DNA of 64,000 bases, from positions 2,914,001-2,978,000 of the forward strand of contig OZ176059.1 in assembly GCA_964247055.1 (NCBI GenBank), written 5' to 3'. Shown here piece after piece: positions 1 through 13,100 of this stretch; positions within the stretch are counted from its first letter, which is position 1; every line of letters begins with the position of its first letter. Source of the stretch: Paragordius varius. Its lineage: Eukaryota; Animalia; Nematomorpha. Below the pieces are notes generated by a model. The model had not been told where the DNA came from. It made no database searches and was given only the letters and a program-made list of their open reading frames with translations. A program made the position numbers and the translations under genes.

Positions 1-251
1 ATATTATCGTAACAGATGTTTGTTTGAATCGTGTATTGGTGCTATCCCAATTTCGGGCTCTAGAGGTTAGAAAACTGTAAAAAATTTAAGCTTTTTATTA
101 AATACAGGAGAAAAATGTTTAATATTTAAATTTTAATTAAAACATTTTACAAAACAGTTATATATATTTACAATAAATAACAAGGTAGAGCCGCCAAAAT
201 CTGATGGACACCGAATTAACAATATTAACACTCGGATACAACACATTCATT

Positions 252-770
252 TTAGTCCTTCGATTTAATTGGGGTAGTTAAAATACCCCAGTCCTGTTTA
301 AGATTAAATTCTTTAAAAAATATGGAAATGTCAAAATTTTGCACTTATATACCATTAATAAACCGAAATATATAAAATATTTTATTCAAAAAATTTGATA
401 TTACTTATTTTAACCTAAAACCGAAAGGTCAAAATTTGGTCAACGTGATATGTGTGCAATGGTAAAATTGAAAAATAATACAAAATAAACAGCTTTTTCT
501 ATTTCTATCAATGGTAGATGTAATTTAAATAAAAAATTTTTTGCATAAATTTTGTAAAAAATGGCGTCGAAGTAGTTTGAAATGGACCTTTTTTTTTCAA
601 AACAAAATTTTATTTAGATATTTTGGCATATTTATATAAATTTTATTAGAATAGAAGCATAAATTTTAATTGGGACCGTTTTATTCAGTAGTTTTTTATA
701 AATCCTAACTCAAATCTAGTCAGGGGTATTTAGATAACACAATTTGAATCTAAGTGTTAAATTGCAAAAA
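252..770. repeat. Dispersed repeat, probably a non-autonomous TIR element (related pieces near 7030-7250 and 12270-12500)
   Basis: The core AAAAAATG(G)CGTCGAAGTAGTTT..ATGGA recurs at ~557, ~12293 and, degenerate, ~7108. The end segments TCCTTCGATTTAATTGGGGTAGTTAAAATACCCC (~257) and GGGGTATTTAGATAACACAATTTGAATCTAAGTG (~723) are loosely inverted. Confidence 0.5.
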
Positions 771-1167
771 ATTCAATGCAACCTATCATCCTAAAATATT
801 GCAGAACACGTGATAAGGTAAAATGAAATTAAAGCAGCTATATAGGATTAAAATAAACCCAGTTTTTTAATTGGATTTCAAAAGACATTGCTTTGAATCC
901 GAATAATGTGCCTAATCAAAGTATTTTATCAAATTTATTGCTACCAAAATCGAAAATCCATTTTACTTACAAGTGTATGCATTTTTTTTCCCTTATCAAT
1001 TAAAGGGATGTCTAAATTAAATATTTAAGTGGTCGAGCACAATTTGTGTCTAATATTTCAAAAACAATGTTCGAGCAATATTCAAGTGTAGTGTTCATAA
1101 AACAAAAATTCTTACAGAAAAATTGAGAGAATTACGCATTATATATTATGATTTTTATTAAAAATTA

Positions 1168-1300
1168 AGCTGAAATGTGTATCTTATAAAAATATAAATT
1201 CTAATTTTCTACTTTTATAGTAAAGGCTTTATCGATAAAATATTTTACCATAAAAGTCGAAAATTAAAATTTATATTTTTATAAGATACGCGTTTCAGCT
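1168..1300. mobile_element. Short palindromic MITE-like hairpin (~57-bp arms)
   Basis: The left arm AGCTGAAATGTGTATCTTATAAAAATATAAATTCTAATTTTCTACTTTTATAGTAAA matches the reverse complement of the right arm with about 5 mismatches. No coding capacity. Confidence 0.7.
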
Positions 1301-1467
1301 ATATTTATAATAAAAAAATTTACATATCTACAGTTTGTATGGTTACAAAAATACATAATCATCATTTTATATACAATAATGACTCAAAAACAAGAGAGAG
1401 AATTAATACAAGAACGAATAAATCCATTTTTTACAATAAAATTGCCATATAATATATACAAAGAAGT

Positions 1468-2014
1468 TTATCCCATCGTTGAATTAGCAACGGTTGTTGT
1501 AGCCGTGCTTGCCGTGCTTGCAGTTGAAGCCGTTGTTGTGGTTAATGTCGTACTTGAGGCCGTTGACGTACTCGCTGTGCTAGAAGTTACAACAGGGGTG
1601 CTTGCTGTAGAAGACAAACTAGATAGTGTTGTAGTGGTCACTTGAGATGGAGTCGAATCTGTAATTGTGTAATACTCATACGAAACGGTCACGGCTGGCT
1701 GTATCCGTGAAACACGTGGTAGGAATGGGATTCTTTGTGTTCTACGCACAATTCTAACCGTTCTGCCTGTTCGAGCTGTTCTGACTGTTCTAGCGGTACG
1801 GAACACGGGACGCACAGTGGTTAGCGGCCGTCTCCTTCGTCTAGGCAAAGGCCGTGGATTATTTCTCACTACCACAATGATTGGTGGCAAGGATACGGGT
1901 AAAATCCTGACAGGAATTGGCGGGATTGTTCTAACCGTCGGTGCAGTTACTGAACAACTTGGTTTACATCGGTATGGATTACTAGGACACCGTTGAGCCA
2001 CCGGAAAGCACACT
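1468..2014 (-). CDS. Terminal exon of an unidentified gene: short Cys motif, Pro/Arg-rich basic segment, Thr/Ser-rich mucin-like tail (5' exons not resolved)
   Basis: About 180 open codons, much more GC-rich than the flanks. Candidate acceptor acaatag|TG TGC at 2014. Translation CFPVAQRCPSNPYRCKPSC...RRRRRP...RTARTVRTARTGRTVR...TTTTASTASTASTATTT*. The ORF-track start is TTG, so this is probably an exon rather than a full CDS. Confidence 0.65.
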
Positions 2015-2156
2015 ATTGTACGCAATGTTAAATAAAATATATGTGATTGATTAAAAACAACATCGGAATTGGGGCATCTTACTTTTTTTCATAAATAAAA
2101 TTCAGTAATTGTTTTGGCAGAAATATTATGGATAAAAGTATGTTTTTTTAATTAGC

Positions 2157-2187
<31 letters not shown>

Positions 2188-3888
2188 TCTATATATATAT
2201 TTAACATTAAATTTTTATAAAAAGGGTGAAAATTTCAAATAGCCCACAATAAAAATATAAAAAAACACGCGGGTTGAAAATATGGTAATAATTCAAATTT
2301 TGACAAAAAATCAAAATTTTATTAAAATTAGGTAAAAAAATTGTTATATGGAGTTTAAAATGTGAGATAGTAAGATATCTGATATTTTACTATTTGTTTT
2401 TTAGCATACCTAGATGAACTTGTATATACAAATAAAAATCACCCTTGAACAATTCAAATCGTTAAACAAATTAAATTTACCCTAAAAATCATGTGATTTC
2501 GGGCAAATATAATTCATCATTAATGTGAAATATATCTTGATGACATATTTTATTATTTTCTCGTTATTATTTGAATTTTACAGAAAAATTCATTTTTCAA
2601 AAATTATTATTATCAAGTTAATTTTTAATCATTTTAGGGTATGTGAATTGTTCGAGAGAGAATTTAGATTTGGTATAATATTTATTTTATAGCCCCTTTT
2701 TTCGTATTCCTATAACGGATGATTTATTATATCCAAAAATTATTACTAAAATCTATATTTTTGGTCCTAAATTTGGTATACTGTATCTCTTATCAAGGTG
2801 TATTTAAACACCATAAAAAACAATTAAAAACGGTGTATTAAATATAACCAAATAAAGATCTTACGTGCTTTTTGAGCTTCATTAATCCAAACCAAGCGTA
2901 ACATAAGGAATATCAAAATTAAATTTTTTTCCATAATAAAATATTTTTTATAATACTATTGATACTTTGATACATTTCTTTTCTTTTATACTAACCTATT
3001 TGGCAAATTATCAATAATTCGAATTGATGTCATCTTATTACTAACCTTTGATATATAAATACTTAGATTTTTTCCATTATTTATTTGCCAAATTTATTGT
3101 AAATATACGTCCATTGGAATTACCCTTTGTCTTAAATTAAAATTTTATACACTCAACATCACGCCTCCGGTATTTTTTTATTACAAAAATACCTGTCGTT
3201 ACTATATATATATGTTCATAGATGATAAATGGATATTTGAACTTTTTCAATGCCAATGCCAAGTTTTTGTCAAAAAAATAGAAATACCTTTTATTAGAAT
3301 ACTTTAATTTGATGGTTATTAATTTTGAAAATTACCAAAAAATATACCGCATATTGATGGATATAAATTGACCTCAAGCGATATTTAGAATATATATACT
3401 ATATATGTATATAATTATATTTGTTAAAACTTATATATCAAGCTCGGTTATTTATGAATTAGAAATTGTTACGGTACGTCTGTCTATGGAATTTACTCTG
3501 ATATTAAATGCAGTGTGATATCTACCGCTTTTTGATTAGCTAAATTTTACCAAATGATATAATAAACTATAAATTAACTATTATAATCTATCACAACACT
3601 ACTAAATAGTTTGAAAACTTTCTACAATCGGGAGTTTTTACATAATTTTATATGATTTAAATTAAACTTTCTCTCATAATTTTTTGTAATTCATATCAAT
3701 AACGAACATTTATATTTTTATATAAGCGTAATAAAGCCTTTTATAAAAGCTTCTATAGCCATATTCTGAGAAGAAAAAGAGCTAAACTGCGGTTCACGGG
3801 CCGCATTGGGTTCTAAGAGTGATTTTTAGCCTTCAATTCCTCTTAATTATTCTTGTATTTGCTTATAATTACATAAAACTGATAATTA

Positions 3889-4150
3889 TACAGTATAAAT
3901 TGAAATTATACGGACAAAAAGTATAATATAAAGACAAATATCTTTATCTAAAAGACAACCATATAACCCTTAATTCTATACTATTTAGTTACAATTGTAA
4001 AATATAGAATTGTGTTAGTAATTTATATCCCTATTTCACGCCATTTAAAACAATGAGTTATATTGAAGAAAGATTTAAAAAGTATGGTTGTATTTTGGAA
4101 AAAAAATATTAGTCTTTATATTTTTAAGTTCTGTCCGTATAATTTCTGTA
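3889..4150. mobile_element. TA-flanked MITE, CAGT-terminal (Tc1/mariner-like) family; further copies at 15374-15645 and ~20095-20303
   Basis: TA|CAGTATAAATTGAAATTATACGGACAAAA ... GTCCGTATAATTTCTG|TA. The same TIRs and internal sequence (AAAGACAAATAT...AAAAGACAACCATA) are present at 15374-15645. The right TIR is intact at 20275-20303. Confidence 0.8.
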
Positions 4151-4419
4151 TCTGATTTCGATATCTATTTATTTTTTAGTATTTAAACAATTCTTTTAAT
4201 ACTTTTTTTTAGATATTTTCTGTTTTATGCCCATCTTGTTGTAAATTCCTTACTTCGAAAATAATTAAGCTATATTTAAAAAACATTTTAAAGTGAGGTA
4301 TTTTAAAATATCTGCAATTTACGTGCGACCCGCAAAAAAGTCGGTGTAATCATTTAGAACAGTGGTACTCAAAGTTGTATACGGTTATATAGATGTATAT
4401 TAAGGTTAAAAAATATAAA

Positions 4420-4991
4420 TATACCATTTGCACTTCAAGAGTGTCCTTTAACACTTCAAGTTTGTCCTTTAACTTATTTGTTTGGTTTTAACTTTTATCG
4501 ATTAAATCGTAAGTCATATATCTATTTTATCGTTAACCTATTTTCTATAACTTAAATTTTAAATCAATATTAACTTTTAATCATTGAGAAACCGTAATTA
4601 TTAATTTCTTAAAATTATTTTAATTTTTAGAAAAACAATTAATTAAAAAATATATAAGTTTTCTGGGTTATTATTCATATTACTGAAAACATTTAGTTAA
4701 TAATTTGTTAAATTGGAGAAATATCAAACAAAAAAGTGGTTTGTTTTAAAATAAAATTTTTTATTTTTAAATGAATAAATACATATTAATAAAAGATTAG
4801 GTTAAAAAATTATAAAATAAAATAATAAATGCAAAAATTATGGTTAAATTAAAAGCTAAAAATTTCAGGGACCAACTTGAAATGTTCAAGAACCAACTTT
4901 GAGTGTTCAAGGATCAACTTAAAGTATCAAGGAACTTGAAATATTTAAGGACCAACTTGAGTGTTCAAGGACCTCTTGAAGAAATGGTATA
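4420..4991. mobile_element. MITE family B with TACCATT termini and ~21-bp subterminal tandem repeats (second copy ~54693-55223)
   Basis: Termini TATACCATTTGCAC / GAAATGGTATA. Repeats of GGACCAACTTGA(A)GTGTTCAA at 4868-4980 with the inverted form at 4431-4470. Homologous interior and ends at 54693-55223. Confidence 0.75.
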
Positions 4992-5935
4992 ATAACTTTA
5001 ACTCAAACCATATTTTATTTGATGTAAAAAAACTAATGAAGGACACGATTTCAATTTATTTCTGTCTAATAAAAATTTAAATAAGCCAAAATAACAAAAT
5101 AAAACAAAATTTTGAAAAAAAAACTATATTAAACTGCTTTGACGCTTTTATTTTGCATCATGTTTGAAAAATATCGTGTTCATTTTTACGCTAAAATATT
5201 AAAGGTTATTATTAACACATCATTATATTTTCTTTTTTTAGCATATTTGGGCAGTTTTATATCCTAGAGCTCAATGATATAACTAAACTACGGTATTAAA
5301 AGTAATTTTAGTCGAAGTTTAAATATCAAACATTTTTCTTAAGTATTAGAAAAAATCTTTTATTTTTTACTTCTGTGACTTTGAGGCACCTCCAAAAAAT
5401 TGTTGAAACGCACAGCTGATATCGAAATCAAAATCAAAAACTTTTTTTCTGATAAAATGTAGTCTGAATTTTTAATTAATTATTTACACTCACATACATT
5501 TATTTGCCTATTGCATTACCGATTTAAAAAAATTATAAAAAATGGCCGAAGGATTTATATACAATTTACTTTTTTTGAAATAAATATTTTTATAATGCGT
5601 CTTAATGGCTAAAGAAAACATATTTTTAAATTCTGCTTAGTACCTTATATGCTTTTTATGATATTGAATTTCTAATCACTCTGGGTTTTAAAAACTACCC
5701 CAAAAGGTAATGGCGTTTTGCAATAGTAATAATTTCATATTTGTAAAAAATGTAATATTAAACGTGTCTGGGTCCCAAAAGACCCCAATTTGAATCGGTG
5801 TACTGAATATTTGTTGTATCCAGTGGTAAGTTTTCAAGTTGTATTTTACCAGCAAAAACTTGATATTTATGATTTTAAAATCAGCTGTTTAGTTAAATCG
5901 TGTTTTGAAGCTGTCCCAATTTAAGAGACTCTAAA

Positions 5936-7538
5936 CATGGGTGCCCAACACAAAGGCTTTTGGGGCCGCATATTTGGATCAAAAAATTCGGCGGCCGCAT
6001 TTGCAAATTATATGGAACTTCAAAATATTTTAAATTTTAATTAGGCTTTAAGCACTCTATTTAATTTAACACTTTATTACCTTTTCAGTTTTTTGTCCTA
6101 GTTTACTTTTTGGGTTATAGTTTTACATAGATCAATTTTGCAAAAATACAGTTTTGAAAGTATATACAATAACATTTAATTATCAAAATTGTACTTATTA
6201 TATAAAAAATTATGTTTTTATAATTTTGTTATTTCTAGAGTATAATGGGACAGCTCCAAAACACGATTGAGACTAACTGATATTATACTTTTTTAGAGTT
6301 AATTATTTACATTTTTTAACCATATTAAACATTTATTCGCCTGTTTTAATAGCGCTTTGAAAAATTATTGAAAAGTGGGATGTGAATTATCACTTTACAA
6401 CCCATTCATTTCAGTCCTTCTATAAGTGTCGTTGGACCAGGACTGTTTACTAAATAATAAATTAAAACCATTGCAACAGCTTGCACTTATGTAACATTAA
6501 TGAACCTAAATATGAAAAAAATCATTAAAAACAAATATTATTTATTTTAGAATAACCCAAATGTAAAAATTTAGTAAATACGACGTGCCTGCATTAGCTA
6601 ATTTAAAAAAATACGAGGGAAACTACTTTTTTTGTTTTTAAGTTAGAGCAGATTTAAAATAATTAGCTTCTATAATAAAATTGATTCTATCCTATAAAAA
6701 TTAAAAGGATAAAAATCTAAATATTTAGATGAAAGTTCCATATCAAGTCTATTTTTATTTTAAAACATTTTTTGTTTAATTATACAGCTAAAATTATAGC
6801 TAATTTTGCATTTAAATCACATATTGGTAAACAGAAAAAGTGGTTTATATTGTATATTTAAATTATGCTTAAGCACACTACTTTGGATTTTATTTTAAAA
6901 TTAGTAATATCAAATATTTTTGAATATTTTTTTTAATATTTAGGTTTAATGATAGTGCAAAGTTTTGTCATGGTTTTTATTCCTTCCATATTTTTCAAGT
7001 ATTTAATATTAAACAGGCCTGAGGCATCCAACTACCCCAATTCGAATCAAAGGATTGAAAGGAGTTGCAGGTGTTAAACAAACACCCTAATTTGCAGAAA
7101 TGTTGTAAAAAAAAATGGCGTGTAAAGTTTGATATATAATTTTTTTTAACTAAATTTTATTTAAATATTTCAGCTTATTTATATAATTTTTTAGTAGAAG
7201 GATAAATTTAAATTGGAACGATTTCTTTCAGTTGTTTTTTCAAATACATTTTTTTAAAAAATTTTTTTTATATAATGCTAAAAGGCTAAAGCAATTAAAT
7301 TCGGCCAAATACTTTAAATAGGTTAGATAATTAAATTTAGATTAATATGGGATATAAAATTACCAATTATTAATTATTATTTCGTGCTAGTTCAGAGTCT
7401 TTTCGCAAGATTTATCCAGAAAATTTGTTAAAAAACGATTTTACTTGGATTTTGTAAATTTTGCATTTGGTTTCTTGTAAGGTATGAATATTTTTTTGTA
7501 GGGCCGCATGCCCCTAAACCATGTGTTGGCCACCCCTG
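5936..7538. mobile_element. Non-autonomous hAT (Charlie-like) element
   Basis: Left end CATGGGTGCCCAACAC, right end GTGTTGGCCACCCCTG, both with subterminal GGGCCGCAT. Flanks CTCTAAA(C) / CTCTAGAA resemble the NTCTAGAN target. No transposase ORF. Confidence 0.6.
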
Positions 7539-7646
7539 CTCTAGAACTCAAAAATATGGTTTTTATGCAAAAATGGATTAATTAAATTTGATATAAAATA
7601 ACTTAAAAACAGTAATTTATATACAAGATTGAGCTCTGGGATATAT

Positions 7647-10038
7647 CACAGTGTGCAACAAATTTACTCAAGATATCATATTAAGCTTAATATAACCCTT
7701 GTGACATAGACATCCTAAAAATATAAGGATAAAAAAAATTGTCAATGCAGAAAACTTTTTTTTCACTTTTTCCATATATGGATATATTCGGAAAAAATCA
7801 ATTTATTTGCATAATACTTGATCAAAAAATATAAAACTTATATATAATATAAATAATATTAAATAAATATTATTTGCAAATTTTGGCTCAATATGAATGG
7901 ATAGATTTAAAATAAACGTCAATTTATTAAATCCAACTAAATTTAGCCCTTTATATTGGTAACATAAAAAATACTTGATGAAAATCAATATAATATGCGC
8001 CAAAATTTAAGTTTAACTTTATATGTTAATATGAATATTACTTTTATATAATAAAAATTAGATTTTAACTAAATTAAAAATTTTTGAAATTTTTTATTTT
8101 ACTAAAATAAAATTAAATTTTTTTAATATCAACTGTAATATAATCATGTTTGGTGATTATAAATATATCCATATGGATTTTTTTACCTGGATTTTTGAAT
8201 TGTAGATGATATTGACTGTTGCTTTACCCTGATATTATGGTATATTTTATAATATTTATAGATAAATATTATGGAATTTAGATATAACATTGAAAAACCA
8301 ATGTAATCCATTGTGAAAATCATATTTTAAAGACAAACTTGCTAATCACAAGCAAACATCCACCAGAAAATTATATTTTGATACATTATGTTCATTGTGT
8401 AATAAATCTAATACATATACATTTAATTTTAATATAAAATTGTTTACTTGTTTTCGAACGAATGTGAGCAAGGTCGCCAAAAAAAAACTCCTCCAAAGAT
8501 TTCTATTTTTAGTTTTAATGTTGAGTTCTGCCAAAGAATTGATTTCTCCTAGATCATACCCTTCTTAAGCCATCGCAAACAACCTATCCTACTTAGGGTA
8601 TATGAAATTAACTCGTTGAAAAAGTTCTTGATATTGAGAAAGTCTTTTTTGCCAAAATATTAATAACATGAAATACCCGATTAAAATAGTTTATAAAATG
8701 ATTATTAACACCTTTTAATAGATTTAAATAAAAGAATTTAAAGAAATGGTACTCAACAAAAAAATTAAAAGGGCTGCAAAATCTTGTCTCATGAACCGTG
8801 CAACATACTATAACTATAAAAACTTGCAGACATTTATATTAAAAATAAGTATAACATAAAATTTAATTGATAATTCAGGGCCATAAATAAGCATTTAGAG
8901 CCCAAGTTTTGGTAAAACTGATGTATACTTCGTTAACACTTTCTTTTGCCATAAACCGTTTTTTAAAAAATAATACTGGCCGTATTCAGAAGATTTTTTT
9001 AAATTTTACATTTCTAATTTGAAGAATGAACCTAAAATAATTATGTGCCTGAATACTGGCATAACTTAACATAACAAAAAATAGCAATCTATGGAGGAGT
9101 TTTATTTAAATTAGAATGGGTAATTTAAGAGAAACCAATTCTTTGGCACAACTCAACATTAAAACTAATAGAAATCTTTGGAGGAGTTTTTTTTTGGCGA
9201 TCTTGCTCACATTCGTTCGAAAACAAGTAAACAATTTTATATTAAAATTAAATGTATATGTATTAGATTTATTACACAATGAACATAATGTATCAAAATA
9301 TAATTTTCTGGTGGATGTTTGCTTGTGATTAGCAAATTTGTCTTTAAAATATGATTTTCACAATGGATTACATTGGTTTTTCAATGTTATATCTAAATTC
9401 CATAATATTTATCTATAAATATTATAAAATATACCATAATATCAGGGTAAAGCAACAGTCAATATCATCTACAATTCAAAAATCCAGGTAAAAAAATCCA
9501 TATGGATATATTTATAATCACCAAACATGATTATATTACAGTTGATATTAAAAAAATTTAATTTTATTTTAGTAAAATAAAAAATTTCAAAAATTTTTAA
9601 TTTAGTTAAAATCTAATTTTTATTATATAAAAGTAATATTTATATTAACATATAAAGTTAAACTTAAATTTTGGCGCATATTATATTGATTTTCATCAAG
9701 TATTTTTTATGTTACCAATATAAAGGGCTAAATTTAGTTGGATTTAATAAATTGACGTTTATTTTAAATCTATCCATTCATATTGAGCCAAAATTTGCAA
9801 ATAATATTTATTTAATATTATTTATATTATATATAAGTTTTATATTTTTTGATCAAGTATTATGCAAATAAATTGATTTTTTCCGAATATATCCATATAT
9901 GGAAAAAGTGAAAAAAAAGTTTTCTGCATTGACAATTTTTTTTATCCTTATATTTTTAGGATGTCTATGTCACAACGGTCATATTAAGCTTAATATGATA
10001 TCCTGAGAAAAAAAATACCCCCAATTTTGCACACTGTG
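7647..10038. mobile_element. Foldback-type element: ~920-bp near-identical inverted arms around a ~545-bp non-coding spacer
   Basis: Arms 7647-~8565 and ~9112-10038 are reverse complements. ORFs 7803-8003(-) and 9671-9871(+) are identical; 8346-8534(-) and 9116-9328(+) are near-identical. Termini CACAGTGTGCAA / TTGCACACTGTG|TA. Confidence 0.85.
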
Positions 10039-10159
10039 TATTATTAGCCCCATTTGTAATGCGGGCAATAGTGAAAAAGGGTTTTAAGTAAATAAGTTCT
10101 ATGTTAAAAATTATTAAAAATTTAAATTTTGTCCATTATATTGGTTCATTCATCAACAC

Positions 10160-13100
10160 ATGGCTGATCCCTTGACTCTGCTAAAGCAGTATAATATTAG
10201 CAACAAACTTGACGATATATATGAAAAGGATAATAAAATCACTTTTGGTGATTTAGCATGGAACAAAACAGTCAACACAAATTTTACATTATGGGGGTTT
10301 ATTTACATTATAATGAGTTTAGCACCGGTAAAGATGGTGTTCCAAAAGAGTTTTATACGCTGGAATGTGTCCTGTTTTTGCTGAGAAACGTTAAAAAACC
10401 ACATCCAAAATATGTAAAGGATGCGGCCGTATAATTTTAAATAATTATATTTTAGAAAGAAAATATTCCTGTGGTTAGACGACCGGACCGTAGAGTAAAA
10501 TATTAATATAATATTTAAGGAATTATTGGCATATCTGAATGGCGAATTATCATCGTCAAATAGTATAGATAGAAGTGCCCCATTAGAGTTACCAGTTCAA
10601 GGTAAGCATGTCCGAAATACATTTCATATTTTTATCGAAATACGCGTTTAATATAACCATATATCTTTAGTCAAGAAAAATCAAGAAGAAACTATAGAAA
10701 CTGTCAAAAAATCTAAATTAGAGGTAATATACATAATGATTATCTAATTAATTCCCTTGATTCTATATAAACATTTATAATATTAGGAAGAAATGTTGCA
10801 AAAAGATAAGGAGCGTTTATCTGCTTGGCTCGATGCGCCTAAAGAAACTCAAATTTCAACTGAAAATATTAGGTATATAATTTTTCAAACCTGGTGATCG
10901 TATAAATTACTTTTACTGTTTTTGCGTTTGCTCAAAATTTTTAATAAGCAATGTTTTTATTTTAAGTTATGTTTTTTTCATTTTTAGATCTTTGTCGGAT
11001 GCAATGTCGATTGAAAAAATTGCCCAAATTAAGGCGAAACGCCTTGCTAAAAAACGTTCAACTATTAAAGGGAGCAATATTATTGGCGACTCGTCACGGT
11101 ATTTATAATCCCCTTTTGTATATATTCAATTAATGGATAAAATAATAATTAGTATTGTATTGAATACCAACTTTTACCTAAATTACGTGTTTTTGCATTA
11201 AAATCGTAAATCTATTATAAAAATCTTTTTTTAGAAGAAAAACCTAATTTTTATGCTCCCACTCAATATTTTATTCTCATTTTTTTGTAGGTCTATCAAT
11301 GCTTCTTCTGAAACGACAGTGGGAACCGGTAAGGAAATGAACGAAGTACACGGTAAGTTGCTATTATATATATATACAACAATTGGGGCCGGTTTCAAAA
11401 TTGTTTAATATTTATCACATTATCTTGGTGGATTAATTTAAGACATATCTTCATTTAGACCAACATGATCATACATTGAATGATGCAAACTATCGAAGCT
11501 CCACTTTTTTATTAAACAATTCCCAAGCTAACAATAATTATAAGGAAAATGGTGGTTTTAAACCGATGGATGATGTTGACAACGATTCAGATATGGCCAT
11601 TAAACCTAAATCATCTGACAAAATGTTTGAGACGGAAAGTGGGAAAGGTTTTAGCGCTACAAAAACAAACACATCTTCTGCGGGCTCAGTTTTAACCGGT
11701 TCTCATGAATCCACTGCCGGACCTGTTGTTACCGCTAACATTAGCTTAAAGAGCGTTTCAAATTTCGTTGATTCGGAGCTCGATTTTACGCGGTACATTG
11801 TGAGTCGTGAACGGCCCTGGCGAACTCGTGAAAATTGTTTGCAAAGTACTGGGAAGGTAAATTAGTTGATTTTACTTTAACACTTGGATACAATTCATTC
11901 ATTTCAGTTTTCCGATTCAAATTGGGGCTTACATTTGTAATAAAATAATTAGTTTGTAGTTTGTCGTTTCTTTTTCAACTTATATAAAGATACATAATTG
12001 GGTAAGCTTGTTTAAAAAAATATTTCTATAATATGGAATATATTGTAATCATTGCATGCAATATAACATTTAGTCACCGAATTATAAGAAAATTATTTAA
12101 AACTTGATATTACTTTTTTTATCGGTAAACTTCAAGGTTAAAATTTAGTCACAAGATAATTGTGCATTAGCTAAATATAAAAAATCCCAAATACTCTATT
12201 TTTTCTGTTTATATTAAAGTGATTTAGATAAAAAATTAGCAATTCTAGATTTAGAGGTAAATAACCAAGATATTTTGCAAAAATGTTGTTTAAAAAAAAT
12301 GCGTCGAAGTAGTTTAATATGGATCTTTTTCCATAACATAATTTTATTTGGATATTTTGGCTTAATTATAAAATTTTTATTAGGATAGGCACATACATTT
12401 ATATTAAAACCGTTCCTTCCAGTAGTTATTTAATATTAGCTTCAATGAAGTATGGGGTCTCTAAATACCTTAATTTTAATCGAAGTGTTAAGTTTGCATT
12501 ATTTTATTAAAAAAATATCCATTTACAATTTATATTTTTATTGTAACTATTTAATAATTTTTTATACATCGCCAAAAAGGTATTTATCCATAATATCTTA
12601 ACCATATTACAATCAATTAAAACGCAACCTGACACAGTACCTACAAATCCCCTTTCCAAATCTATTGCTAATCCAATCAAAGTATATATATATATATATT
12701 ATCTTTTACATGAAAAATGTACTGGTTATTACCCATATAAATATACCATTAAATTTTCAAATTCATCCTTAAACAATTTAAATTCACCCTCGAACAGAAT
12801 CTATATTTTTATATATTTTTAAAATTTTAAATTTTGTTTCAAATTAAAATAAATACAAAAATAATAAACTATGCCATAAAGATATATTTCATATTAATAA
12901 TGAGTTATATTAGTGTGAAAACACAATTTATTTTTAGGGTGAATTTGAATTGTTCAAGGGTGAATTTGAATTGCTTAATGGGGAACTGTAAATAGTATAT
13001 TTTATAAAAAAACGATAAATTACTTGATAAAATTTATATTTTATTTTGGTTTTTTTTTAAAGGATGGACATAAGCCAATGATGGGTTTAACCAATGGCTT

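Noticed and set aside
1379-1645. + strand hydrophobic ORF (VVAVLAVLAVEAVV..) as a membrane protein
   Set aside because: It is the antisense shadow of the Thr/Ser/Ala repeats on the minus-strand exon.
7803-9871. Paired ORFs 7803-8003/9671-9871 and 8346-8534/9116-9328 as duplicated genes
   Set aside because: They are AT-rich chance frames inside the inverted arms of the foldback element, with no recognisable motifs.
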